A stretch of DNA of 56,364 bases, filler included, from Jimgerdemannia flammicorona (GCA_003990765.1; 2 parts of 2 records of this genome joined end to end with filler, not necessarily neighbours in it); one strand, 5' to 3'; shown: positions 24,430 through 37,821, counted from the whole stretch's first letter. Notes: a model not told the origin generated them from the letters alone. Numbers and translations: made by a program.

Positions 24430-24860
24430 CTTATACTTATAAGCTCATAAGTCTACAATTTTACAAGCAATATGTATAAGTCAAAAGTTTCAAATATTAC
24501 AACAAGTATAAGTCCACAATCTTATAAGTAATAAGTATAAACTGAGAGCTTCAAATATTATAATAAAAGTAATAAGTATATATATAAGCTAAGAGCTTTG
24601 AATATTACAATAAGTATAAGCCTGCAATCTCTTGAGTAATAAATATAAGTCTGTAATTCTGTGAGTAACAAGTATAAGCCAAGAGCTTTGAATATTATAA
24701 TAAGTGTAAGTCTGCAATCTCATGAGCAATAAAAGTCTGCAAGCCTGCAATCTTATGAGTAATAAAAATCTATAAGTTTATAATCTTATGAGCAACAAGT
24801 ATAAACCCACAAGCTCACAGATAATAAGCATAAGCTGAGAGCTTCAGATATTGCAATAAG
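24430..24860. repeat. Composite tandem array of two related 29-32-bp units
   Basis: AAGTATAAGTCTGCAATCTTATGAGTAAT-type and AAGTATAAGCCAAGAGCTTTGAATATTACAAT-type units interleaved. Confidence 0.75.
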
Positions 24861-24930
24861 TACAGATAAAATATATATAAATAAGCTGGCTTTAATAATA
24901 AAAAACAAACTAAAACCCAAAAATCAAAAA

Positions 24931-25802
24931 ATGATCTCATCTTATAAAAAACTTCAATTCTATATTGATCATCTTTCTGGAGTCTTTGAGAATATAAACA
25001 ATACTATCAACAAGGTTGTCATCTGATTAGATGATGAAGAACCTAAGACTGATGATAAATGTAAGAAGAAGAAGAAGATTAAAGAAGTAATCAAGTAATT
25101 CATCTTAAGAACTATATCTGAAGCTACTCTTTAAGCTACCCCTGAAGCCTCTACTAGTGCTTCTAATAAATTAAATTAAATTAAATTTGATCCAAATTTG
25201 ATTCAATTCAATTAAATCAAAGGTCTAATTTGATTTGATTTGAATCGAATTAAAGACTAATTTGATTTGAGATCTGATTTGAACCCTATTTTTCAAAATA
25301 TAATAACTTAATGAATACATATCTAAATTCAATAATCTTTAGCTTATTAGATTTCTCTTATATAGGGGAATCTAATAAGCTAAAGATTATTAAATTTGGA
25401 TATATATTTGTTAAGTTATTATATTTTGAAAAATAGAGTTCAAATCAGATCCTCAATTCAATTTAAATTCAATTTGATTCAAACTTGATTCATTTAAGAA
25501 TACTAGTCTCTACTTCTGAGATCTCTGAGGTCCCTAAAGATACTGCTTAAGCCCAAGCCACTATCTAAGTCTAAGTTGCCACTACTTTAGTTCAAGCTAC
25601 TGTCTAAGCCTAACTACTATCTAAGCTCAAGCTACTGCCTAAGTTCAAACTACTACCTAAGTCCAAGCTACTACTCAAACTGCTATCTAAGTCTAAGCTA
25701 CTACTCAAGCTCAAGCTACTGCCTAAGTCCAGACTACTATTCAAGTCTAAGTCACTGCTCAAGCTTAAGCTATTGCCTAAGCTTAAGCTACTATCTATTT
25801 AA
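24931..25802 (+). pseudogene. Degenerate ORF with Lys run and (ATAQAQ)n repeat, split by a MITE
   Basis: ATG at 24931; frame restored by removing the MITE and one TSD; stops are TAA/TGA at CAA/CGA positions; 18-bp repeat GCTACTGCCCAAGCCCAA at about 25540-25795. Confidence 0.6.
25155..25505. mobile_element. hAT-type MITE, copy 1
   Basis: TIR TAGTGCTTC...AGAATACTA; 8-bp TSD GCCTCTAC/GTCTCTAC; long central palindrome. Confidence 0.88.
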
Positions 25803-26149
25803 AAACTAAAATTGATCTTATATATACTGCAACAATTGCAGAAGATATAGAAAACTATATTATACTTTTTTCAAAATTTGTCAACAACTCAATTCATTAA
25901 TCTCTGATCTTTTACTGAAAAAAAAGTTATATAATAATACTTACTAAATAGCTACCACTATAGCTAGATATGGCTGAGACTAAGACCAGAACTAGGTTTA
26001 TATATATATATGAGAATTTTGAAAATATACATTAGTTATATGTGAATTTTAGTTAGTTGTAAATTTCAGTTATATATTTATATATAAATTTTAAGTAATG
26101 TATTTTTTAAATAAAAAACTAATTATCTCATAATGTAAGTTACTAAGAA

Positions 26150-26342
26150 TCTTGAATTAATATTGAATTTAATTCAACTAATTTAAATTAGACCTTCAAT
26201 TCAATTTAAATCAAATCAAATTAGACCTTAATTCAATTTAATTTGAATTTAATTTGAATTTAATTTAAATACAAAAATCCTTAATTTAATTTAATCTCAA
26301 TTTAATTCAATTTGAATTAATTCAATTTATTTAGGAGTACTA
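26150..26342. mobile_element. Right end of a hAT-family element (subterminal pentamers + TIR)
   Basis: AATTC/AATTT pentamer arrays ending TTAGGAGTACTA, as in the MITE ends. Confidence 0.65.
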
Positions 26343-26420
26343 CTCAGAACTCTCTAGATTCAACTTTTCAAAACTACTAGCTACTATTATGGTAAGAGAA
26401 TATTTATATATATAATATAG

Positions 26421-28136
26421 TATAACATACTGGCTCAATGGAGGCAAATTACAAGGTTGGGGGTTGATGTAGTTTGGCTTGAGCCCCCAGTTACTTTGTC
26501 AAAAAGCAACAAAATGTTCTAAGATTCCTGAGGTCCTTGGTGTTTAGTGGTATAATAGTCAAAGCTGGATATCTGCGAGTGGTTTCCTTATTGGGACAGT
26601 TCTCTGGGTATAGCGGCGATTTGTGTCTTTCCTTCTTGGGTCAACTGAGAATGGCACAATTTGTGTATAGCGCAAGCAGCTTCCTTCTTGAGTAATGGGT
26701 GATTTCTGTATAGTGCGATGATCTTCTTGTGCGTGACGGTCTGGCAATTTAGTGGTTCTTCTTATGCGATTTCTGCATGACGATCTCTGTATAGCACGAC
26801 GATCTCTGCATAACGATCTTCATATAGCATAATGATTTCCAAAAGTATGCAATTTCTGGCAGATAGCTCAATTTGGCTCACTGGGAATTGTATGGCATGG
26901 ATTCTTCTATACCGGGCTCACTGGGAATGACAAATAACTTGGATGTTGCAGGAGGCGGGTAATTCAATAACTCGGATAACTCAGGTGGTGCAGGTTCTTC
27001 CTGAATTGGCAGGCTTCTGGGAAATAACTCGGATGGCGCAGATCCTTCCTGAATCAGCAGTTTCTTGAGGATGGCGGCTTAACTGGGAATTAACTCGGAT
27101 GGCATGGATTCTTCCTGAATCAGCGGGATTCTTCTGGGAATGCGGTGGATAACTTGAAAATAGCAGATGATGCGGATTCTTCCTGAATCAGTGGCTTTAA
27201 CTGAGAATATGATGGCGCAGATTCTTCTAAATCAGCAGCTTCAACTGGGAATATGAACTACTGGCGGCGTTCTTTGGGAAAAGGTCTCTTGGCAAAGTTG
27301 TGTCAAAGACTGGATTCATTTGCACAAATGGATCACTGCAAAGTTGCATCAGAAACTGGCTTGGGCAAGGTGGCTTTCTTGGGGAAGACGGAGGATAACT
27401 TGGAAATGATGGCTTATTCCTTAAGCGGTGGGTTACTCAAAAGGCGGCAAAGTTCTTCTTGAACTTAGGCAGCAAATCTTCAGGCTTATCTGGCAAGCGA
27501 ACCAATCAATCTTTGTATCAGAAAGTGGACTGGAGTGGGAATAAGGGGACCAATTGCTCAATCTTTAGAGGCTTCTTTGGTTTGCACTTCAATTCGGACT
27601 CATTCTTTGTATCAGAAAGTGGACTGGAGTGGAGAAATAAGCTCACAATCTCCTAGCAGTAGCTGTAGAGTTCCTCTCGAAGTGTGGTAGGCAGACTTGT
27701 CTTTTGCTTCAATTTCGGACTCATTCTTTGTATCAGAAAGTGGACCAGAGTGGGGAAATAAGCTCACAATCTCCTAGTAGTGGCTGTAGAGTTCCTCTCA
27801 AAGTGTGGTAGGCAGACTTATCTTTTGCTTCAATTTTGGACTGAGGTTTTATTCACTCTCATCTCTGGGGTAATTTATACAAGTTGGTTGCTATCTGGTT
27901 ACTATGTGGCTAACTATAGATTTGCTATTTTCGGTAATGTTTGGGTGTGTCCTCTGGGTACAGGTGTGTCCATGGAACATGAGTGTGTCTGCAGGACATG
28001 AGTGTGTCTGCAGGACATGAGTGTGTCCTCAGGACACAGGTAAACAATCCTGATCTGGTGTCTTGGCTAATTATAAGTGTGGCGGGCATGAGTAACTATG
28101 ATACACTAGAAGTCACATCATGCTGAGTAAGTATGC
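26421..28136 (-). repeat. LTR of the Gypsy-2 family, minus strand, cut by the linker
   Basis: 26431-26560 is a near-exact reverse complement of 41430-41560; internal 121-bp duplication 27601-27842 and 19-bp x3 repeat at about 27978-28035. Confidence 0.88.
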
Positions 28137-28236
28137 NNNNNNNNNNNNNNNNNNNNNNNNNNNNNNNNNNNNNNNNNNNNTTAATTAATTAANNNNNNNN
28201 NNNNNNNNNNNNNNNNNNNNNNNNNNNNNNNNNNNN
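28137..28236. other. Artificial 100-nt linker (44 N + TTAATTAATTAA + 44 N)
   Basis: Six-frame stop spacer flanked by Ns; not biological. Confidence 0.97.
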
Positions 28237-29039
28237 AAAAAAAAAAAAAAAGATTGATATCAGCATTCTAAGGCCCCAGCATCCAGGTTAGATCTCTTCA
28301 AGACCCCACATTTGTCTCTTATTTTGTAGAAGAGAATCTTATAGATTAGAGAGCCCCAGACCTTCTTGCTTTCCCAACTGCCAAATGTAATGATATCATC
28401 TGTAATGATATCATTGGTGATGATGTCATCCCACTAATTTATGATATATACAAAATAGATGAAATGTTTGCTGATCTTATCTCCTTCAAAGACATCTTAT
28501 CTCTAACCTCTAGCCTTAATAATAGTGATGAAGATGAAGCCTCTATAGTTCTGAACTTTCTGCTCTAAGTTCTTGATAATACTAAAATCTTCTGGCATTC
28601 TTTTTCTATATAACTGAATTCTACTAGCATTCTTTTTCTATATTACTGAAATCTATCAGCATCCTGAACTTATGCAACTATTTATATAGGTGGTAATGGA
28701 ATTTATACTTATAGCCAAAGTTTTCTGTATTCTAGAATTTTATTTGGTTATTGAAATTTATATTTTGCTTTATAACTTAGCAACCATTGAATTATATTTT
28801 GTATAAATACTCCTTTTATTTCCTTTGAAATAAAGTCAGTCAAGTTTACTTATACTCAATTCTATACAAGCAATCTAAAAGATAATAAGACAGTTTAAAG
28901 ATAAGAAGTTTGAGAACTATAAGACCTTAGGAAGGCACTTCAATAAGAACTTGCTTATAACAAACTTATAGTTAGTCTAAGAGATACATCTTAGAGAGAA
29001 TCTGATGTATTTGAAGGACTCAGCCACCACTATGTGATA

Positions 29040-31550
29040 ATATTCTGAAATAATGTATATGTTTTTGATAAAGGTAATACTAATTGGTACAAGTTCAAGC
29101 TGTAAGCCAGTAAGCATATATTTCTTGAATATTTCAGTAAGACATAACAACTCTAGAATCTATATAATATTATATAGTAATCTTATATATATATAGTTTA
29201 ATGAAAAAAAAAATCAGAAATCCTATATAGATGTATTCATCAGAATCTCTACTTCAACATCTCCATAAGTATAACATCTGGTATCAATCTCTCCAATAAA
29301 GTAAAATTATATTCAACTACTATATGTATCTGAGCCAGATTTGCCTAAGCTAAGAATAATAGAAATTAAAAATAACAAGACCTCTAATGATAACAAGAGA
29401 TTCTCTATAAAGAGCAAACAAAAGTACTCTAATATTTACTAAGAAACTTATATCAGTTTAGAAAGTTATTGAGATATATCAAAAATATCTTAATATAAGA
29501 ACTATATAAGCTATACTGAGATATATGAATTTATGTTTATTATAACTTCTAATGAGCCAAATATATATAATGAAGCAATAACTTCTCTTGATAATAAAAA
29601 AATAGAAGCAAGCTATAGATAAAGAATATAATTTACTCATTGAGAATAATATATGGGATCTAATATCTCTTCTGAGCAATTGATAAGCTATAGGATCACA
29701 ATAGATATATAAGATCAAGTATAAGAATATTGGAAGCATAGAGTAATATAAAGTATATTTCATTATTAAGAGTTATTTGTAAGATTATTATATTGACTAT
29801 AATAAGATATTTTCACTAGTATTTAAGCTTACTTTACTGAAAATACTTCTTATGATCAGTATTATATATAATTAGAAAAATTTATCAAATAGATATAAAA
29901 ATGGCTTTTCTTAATAATAATATAGATATAGAGCTATATATTTACCAGTAGTGCTCCTAATGAATCAAATTGAAGGTCCAATTCAATTTAATTTGAATTG
30001 AATCAAAGGTTTATTTTAATTTGAAATTTGATTTGAATCCTATTTTTCAAAATATAATAACTTGATAAAAATATGTCCTCTTTAGCTTATTAAATTCCTC
30101 TATATAAGAGAAATCTAATAAGCTGAAGATTGTTAATTTTGGACATATTTTTAATAAGTTATTATATTTCAAAAAATAAGTTTCAAATTGGACCCTCTAT
30201 TTAATTTAAATTCAATTCAATTCAAACTTGATTCAAATTGAAAAAACTCCAATTTAATTCAATTCAAATTAATTTGATTTATTTGAGAGCACTATTCACT
30301 AGTTATAAAGATATGAGCAGAATGATAATCTTATATATAAACTATATAAAGGACTATATAGCATCAAAAAAGCAGTCTGTTTATAGAATAGAAAAATAAA
30401 TAAATAACTTCTTAATAATAACTATACATACTGTAAAGAAGATAATTATATATATATTTAATACTATACTAATAGAGTGATATTTATAGATATATAGGTA
30501 GATGATATTATTATTATTATAATAAAAAATAAGCTTAATAGAGTTAAAGAAACTTTATATAAGAAATTCAAAATAATAGACATAGTGATACAATCTTTCT
30601 TTTGGAGATATCTATTATATATAATAGGAGCATTCATACTATATATCTCTCACAGTCAACTTATATCTATATTATTCTCAAATAATTTAATATAAGCAAA
30701 TATAAATCAGTAAATACTCTTATAGAAACTTTAATAAAGTTAAGGAAGTTTAATACTATACTAGAGAAAAACTACACTAATATTCTATATTAATAAGTAG
30801 TCAGTTCTCTCATATATCTCATATTAGAAATAAGGTGTGATATTTTATATACTGTAAATAAGATAGTATAGTACTCATTATACTATAATAATTTACATTA
30901 GAGTACTATTAAGAGGATTTTCAGATATATTAAAGAAATAGTATATATAATATACTCACTCTTAGTAGATTGAGCAAGAGCAATAGTAATAATAATAATG
31001 ATAAGAATGGTTTATAACTATCTGATATATGTGATACTAATTAGACTAGAGGTTTAAATAATCACTAATCTATAACTGAGTACTTCTTTCAGTTAAATGA
31101 CAAAAAAGTTATTTTATAGAAAATATATAAGTAGTCCTCCATAAGAACATCTTCTACTGGGCTAAATATCAAGTCCTTTCTACTATAATAAAGGAAGCTA
31201 TTTAGATATACTAATTACTAAAAAAAAGCTAGGCTTTGATTAGGAATAAAACTCTATGCTCATCTAATAGGATAATCAGTCTATAATTACTATGACAAAG
31301 AACCTTATATATTATCTCAGAATAAAGCATAATGATATATAGTATTATTATATACATAAGAAAGTATATAGAGAATAAGACTATATACTTAAAATATATC
31401 TCTATAGAGTATATAATTACAGATTTACTTATCAAAGTTTTTTCAGAATCTAAATTCCAGCAATATACTAAAGAAATGAGTCTTATGGCAAACTATATAT
31501 ATATCAGTAATGAGTAATAGATAATCATGAGATATTTTATAGCAAAAAGG

Positions 31551-31599
<49 letters not shown>

Positions 31600-32020
31600 A
31601 ATAATATATCTCTCTACATCTCTCTCTTTTCAAGTATTATATTATACTATTTTATTCTTTTCTTCTTCTTCTATATTTGAGATCTTCTACTATTAGAACC
31701 TATCTATATTCTTTATTTTTACTATAGTTTCTTATATTTTAAGTATAGATAGATAGTATTTTTTTAGTATATTTATAGTTATTTTATTGTTATTACTTAG
31801 TAATACTGTATTTTTATATTATATTATATTCTTATATATTATCTCATTAAGTGGAAGTATTGAAATTTCTATTATTTTTAATATCTCAATAATGTGACTT
31901 ATATATATATTACTATATTATCTTTGAGTTATATTACTCAATGCATAAATATATATTATCTAGAATAATAAATAATACTCTGCTTTTCTTCTCTGCTCTC
32001 TACTCTACTGAGTTATAATA
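29040..32020 (+). mobile_element. Ty1/Copia remnant C: RT, RNase H, PPT, 3' LTR 31858-32020
   Basis: EPNIYNEAI...AIDKEYNLLIENNIWDL, I*VDDIII (YVDD), IITDLLIK (ADxLTK), PPT AAGTGGAAG, LTR TATTG...TAATA. Left boundary approximate. Confidence 0.88.
29949..30294. mobile_element. hAT-type MITE, copy 2 (in Copia RT)
   Basis: TIR TAGTGCTCC...GAGAGCACTA; TSD TTTACCAG/TTCACTAG. Confidence 0.88.
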
Positions 32021-32473
32021 TATAGTATTTAGAAGAGTTTTTAGTCTTTTAGTAAATATTTTAAGATCTTTATTTTAATTATTGTAGAATCAAAGATTCT
32101 TGAGCTTAGTTCTGGTTTCAGTAATATGAGCAGAGCTGTAGAACTATTAGATGATTAGTTCCTTTAGACTCACAGTATATAGCTGAGTAGGCTTTATAGT
32201 TAAGATTATCATCATTTTCTTTACTTATATTAATTTTAGTATTAGTTTCTTAGATGAAAGAGTGTACTGATAAATTATACTACTACTGAGCAGCTATGTA
32301 TATCTATGAAATAGATAGTGACTTTCTCTACTTGTGAGCCTATAGTTGTATAAAGATCTTCAATCTTATAGTATTTATTATTATTGAGAGTACTGTCTGA
32401 GTTTTAATTGTTGTTCTATTCATTGATATAATAATTAATATTAACTTATTCTATAAATGTTATTACTTAGTCT

Positions 32474-32941
32474 TAGTGCTCTGAATAAGCTGATCTGGAT
32501 TGATTTAAAGTAGCTTATAGATGATATAATTTGAAAAAAAATTAATATATTAATATCATTATTTTGATTTCCAAATTAGACAATTAAATCTTTATATCAA
32601 TAACTTGATAAAATATTATCCAATTTTGGTAATCATAATGTTATTCAAAAGCTCTTAACAAGATCTTTCTAATAATATCAATAATATTGAAATTGGATAA
32701 TATATTGCTAAGTTATCCAACTTATCAATTTTGAAAATATTGATTGAAAGACCTCTTTAAGGACTTTTGAATGATACTATGATTATCAAAATTAGATGAT
32801 ATTTTATCAAGTTGTTAATGTAAATATTTAATTATCTAATTTGAAAATTAAAATAATAATATTGATATATCAAATTCCTTTCAAATTATACTATTTATAA
32901 GCTACTTCAAATTAATCTATATTAGCTTATTTAGAGTACTA
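32474..32941. mobile_element. Fold-back MITE with about 190-bp inverted arms
   Basis: TAGTGCTCTGAATAAGCTGA...TTAGCTTATTTAGAGTACTA; flanking direct repeat TACTTAGTCT. Confidence 0.85.
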
Positions 32942-35385
32942 TGTACTTAGTCTGCTTTGTCTTTGAATAGTATGAGGTAGAGGCTTTTTATAAATTTATT
33001 TATTTCAATACTGAGATAAAGAACTTGAGTGAGTATGACTACTTAGTCAGCCAGTACTACTATCTTGTCATTAATAGATATTATTCTACTATCTCTATTG
33101 TCTATTTGATAAGATGGTTGGGGTTCTTCTTTTATTATTATAGTATATTAATTATGATTTAGAATTAACTCTTCTATAATATCACTGAGGTAGATGAGCT
33201 TATAGACTAGTAGTCTTGATAGGATAACTATTGGATCTACTGTGATTTTTAGTAAACTTAATATTCTTAGTAATAGTTCTGTAATAGTACTGAGATAACT
33301 AATATTAAGTTTAGGTATCTCTTTAATTATCCTCCTAAGTCTAGATGATATGGCAGGGGTCTTACTAGATCTAGCAGCTTATAATTCTTATTAATAGATT
33401 GTTCTTACTTATATATAAAGAATTTAATAATAGAAGTGAGATTTCTTTTAATAAATATAGTATTCCTTATAGTTTAGAAAGGCCTTGACTTTGTAATAGC
33501 AATTATTGAGATAATGGTTCAGAAAATGTTTACTTACTCTCTCAATGGATTTTCTTATGTATTTTTTATAAAAGTAACTAACAATTAACTTATTGAATTT
33601 CTCCTTAAGTTTGGTAGTATAGAAGACTTCTTTGTTGAGTACAAAGAAGGTAATAAATACTTTTTGGATAGTTTTATTATTGAGTTTGTCAAACTTCTCT
33701 TAGCTGATATAGAGTTTGGTCTACTTAGTAATAATTTTATTAAATTCTTTGGCTTAAGTCTAGAGAGTATCTAGAGTGAAGGTACTTCTTAACTATTACT
33801 AACAATATTGGTAATATTGACTGGTTCTGATTGTCTGTAGTAGATTTTTAAAGAAAGATTGCTTATAGGTAGAGAGTAACTTTTACTACTATTAAATTAT
33901 AATAAAACTATATACTAATAGAATTAATATATTACAAATAATCAAGATAACTATTAGCCCTAAGTTCTAATTATCTATTGCAGTAGTATAGTCCAAATAT
34001 CACTTTTGGATTCTTATACTGGTAAAAGTGCTATACTTATATCTTAAGTTAATTAGACTCAGAATCATCAATAAGTTAAATCTGAGAGTTCTGTAATAAG
34101 TATACTACTTTATTATTATATTTAGAGATAGTAGAGCTGAGGTAATAATATACTCAGTATATAGAGTATTTATACATATTTGAGACTATAACTAAGTATA
34201 GTATACTAGATATATATATCTATATATTTTTACTATTTTGGATAACTATAACTACTAGTTAGAAATTTTATAGAAATTTCTATAGAAATTTCCATCAAAA
34301 TTTCCATCAGAGTTTCTAGTGACTTATATATATAGAGGTATGTAATAATTTATTATAAGATATCTAACTACTATTTCTATATTATTATTATTTTTTTGTA
34401 GTACTTATTATAAATTTTATCTAATTGAAGTGATATTATATTCTATAAATTCTTTTGAATATTTCAGAATTAGCTTATTAGAAATCAGTTTCAAAAAAGA
34501 TATAGAAGAGTATAATTCTGTTATAAGTTCTAGATATTAAAGATTTTAGAAAACATAGTATTAAATATAGATATCTATATTGAGAATAGAAGTCAAACTA
34601 TAGACTAGATATCACATAATTTATATATTATAAGATATATAGATATTTATATTTAGGGTTGATATGTCCAAATTAAAATAATTGTAGAATTTTTATATAA
34701 GCTGAGAAATACTCATAACTTTATTTATATTTTCTTTATTTTATCTATTTATTTCATCATCCTCTATACCTATTTGATATTTATATAGTATTAGATAGTA
34801 ATATATATATATAAATATAAAAGATCATTGAACAAACAAAGACAGTAGCAATTTTATCTGAATAAGGAAAAATTACTCAAGTAAAGGATTAAATAGAATC
34901 TACAAAAGTATATAATTATATCTAGAATTTCTTATCTGTAATCTGATAAGTTATTTTTAATACTTATAATATCTGACTTAAAAATTTACTGATAAAAATA
35001 TCAATAATTTTAAATAACTACTATATATCCAGAATATTACTCAACATTAATTATTTATAGGTAAACTATACTAATATATCTTTAATAGAACTTTTGTAAT
35101 CAATAAAGAGAGAAAATAAAATAAAAGTATATCTATTATCTGAAATCTAAGGTTTTAAATATATATATATTTTTATTAGAGATTATAAAGTATTATATAA
35201 AAATACTAAAAGAGAAAAAAAAAAAACTCTCCCCTCTCTCAATGTATCAACTACAACTATCTTCATTATTACTCTTCAAAAGTATACTAAATAAAAATTT
35301 TACTTATATTTTATTAGCAAATAAATAAAGGTAAAAAAGTAGTAAGATAGAGAAAAGAAGCTATCTGAGACTATAATATAAATAA

Positions 35386-36616
35386 TATTGATTATTATAT
35401 CTTAATAATTTATAACTTATATATAACTTATTTATAACTATATATATCATTTTTAATTATATCACTAATTCTAATATATAAATATATACTATCTAGAATA
35501 ATAAATAATATTCTTCTTCAGTATTTACTCTATATTTATAATAAAGGTTATAAGCTCATACTAAGTAGTTATAATATAATTTTCTAAAAATATATACTAT
35601 ACTAAAATGTTAAATATCGCTATAGTAGATATAGATACTCTTGATATAGATATAATAGTAGTTATAGTTTCCATAGTAAGTATAAATATAATCAAGAGAT
35701 CTATCCTAGTCTTTAATAATAAAGATTACACTATTTGAACATTCTAATAAGTAATCTTCTAGAGAAGTATAGATTAGTAGTACAAAATAGCAAGTACAGA
35801 TTTAAGATTATAATATTATAAATAACTATCAAGTATTATGAGTGATTACTTTTACATTATTAAACCAGCAAACAAAGCTTATAATTTATACTACAATAGT
35901 TTATAATATGTAGAAGATCCTATATAATTATTATTAGTACTCTCAATAAATCAAATTGAATTAAATTGGACCCAAATTTAATTTAATTCGAAAACTTCAA
36001 ATTGAAACCCAATTCAATTTGATTCAAATCAAATCAAGGTCTAATTTGATTCAAATCAAATCAAGGTCTAATTTGATTTGAATTTTAATTCAAACCTAAA
36101 TTTTTAAAATTTAATAACTTGACAAAAGAATGTCCAAATTTAATAATCTTTATTATACTGGATTCACCTTATCAAGGTGAATACAATAAGCTAAAATTTA
36201 TTATATTTAGATATGTTTTCATCAAGTTATTATATTTCAAAGTTTGACTTTCAATTTTGAATCAAATCCGATCTCAATTTAATTTGAACAATTTGAATTG
36301 GATCCTAATTCAAATTAAAAAATCCCCAATTTGATTCAATTTGAATTGATTTGATTTATTTGGAAGCACTAATTATTATATAAAAACATTTTTATTAAAT
36401 TGATTCTATCTGAAATCTTAGTTATTCAATCTATAAATAAAGCTCAAGAAGAGTATATGTAAATAAGCAAAATATATTAACAATCTGATAATTAGATGAA
36501 TTCTCTAAGTATGTCAGTAGAGTATATCAGCATCAAAGACAAGGTGCTGACTCTTATAAGAGGTCTCTCTAAGATATAATATCATAGTAGTAGCTATATA
36601 TAAGAGTAGCAAACTC
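35386..36616 (+). mobile_element. Ty1/Copia remnant D: 5' LTR 35386-35543, PBS, gag fragment
   Basis: PBS AAGGTTATAAGCTC; 35650-36616 aligns with 55130-55657. Confidence 0.75.
35935..36371. mobile_element. hAT-type MITE, copy 3
   Basis: TIR TAGTACTCTC...GGAAGCACTA; perfect 8-bp TSD ATTATTAT; central palindrome. Confidence 0.9.
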
Positions 36617-37783
36617 TGCTCCTTTCTCTACTATCTTACTGGTTACAAGATTTGGTAGGTAACCTTCTGAGTCTCCTTTTCCTTATTGTTATTTCCTCTA
36701 CCTCAGGTTGGTTTGCTGTGCCTACAAGGGCATAGTGGAAAGAGGGCAATGGTGATAAGTTGCTCTTTTATTAGTGTTGGATCAGTATCTTCTCTACTTT
36801 TTCACAGTTTCCAGTATCTTCAGCTATATCTAGAGTGTACTCATTTTAGTGCAGTACCTTCTTTCTTTTGCTATTACCAATAAAGAGTCATCTTGGTATA
36901 TTATAGATTACATAGGGAGTCAGCTAACCTTGGGCATCAAGTGCCCAGTATAGGTTATCTGTAGGTTATTGGTGCCTGTAGTGGAGCTCTCTGATATTGG
37001 TGAGCTTCTCAGCAAAGTGCAGTTCTGGTATAAATGACTGTTTTTCAGGTGTTATCAGGATAAGAGAGGAGATGGCCATTATAGATAGGAGGAAGGACAA
37101 TAATAGTAAACCAGTAGAGTGCCAGGCTGGGGGCAGTTATTGGAGCTAGGGCAGGTACTACTTCAGTGGGGCCTTTTGATTGATGCAGAGTAGTTAGATA
37201 GTAGATATCACTCTCAGCTTCTTTTGACAATTCAGTGGGTTGGGCCCTGGTTATTGGAGAGAGTTGGAGGACCCAAGGCTACCTATTTCAGGTATCTTGG
37301 CTACACTTAACTAGAACTGAGAGCTGACATGGCAATGTGATCAAGGCCTGCAGACTTGAGTAGTGGGGTATTGGAGGTCTCCTCTCACCTCACATATAAG
37401 TCCTCTACTCACCTCATCTGAGAGAACCAGGCCCTATCTACTATGATATATTTTGATGAGAGTTTTTTCTTTACCTATCATTCTCTTTAGGGTGACAGGG
37501 GCTATTCTATTTGGCTCAAGTATGGTCTTATATATATGTTGGGGTTTTGGGCATATACTTTCAGTCATTAGTATATGGCTGAGTTCTCCCTAGTAGTAGA
37601 GAGAGTATTGTATACAGAATGAGGTGTAGACCAATATAGGTTCTGCTATATCTAACATAGTTGAGCTACTGAACAATAGTTAGCCTAAGTTAATGGGGGA
37701 GCAGTACTTGATGGATGATGAGAGAGGGTTTTGGCCTATATAGTCTAGGTTCTCTTCTAATAAAATCTGTAGGACTTTGAGTC

Positions 37784-37818
<35 letters not shown>
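36617..37818 (+). mobile_element. Non-autonomous poly(A) retroelement (SINE-like), copy 2
   Basis: Same 5' end and body length as copy 1; AATAAA 37759; poly(A) 37788-37818; right TSD missing. Confidence 0.82.

Positions 37819-37821
<3 letters not shown>

Noticed and set aside
24430..24860. CRISPR-like repeat-spacer array
   Set aside because: The apparent spacers are themselves repeated, the context is eukaryotic and there are no cas genes.
18618..26342. One intact autonomous hAT element from TIR to TIR
   Set aside because: Flanking 8-mers (GTTCCTAC vs CTCAGAAC) do not match and only the transposase C-terminus is recognisable.
28251..29040. Possible LTR or other TE end after the linker (TATA-like and AATAAA at about 28800-28835)
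   Set aside because: No second copy or clear termini in the window.
31555..31598. Poly(A) tract as a retro-insertion tail (also T tracts at 335-362 and 3394-3430)
   Set aside because: No TSD or associated element body could be identified.
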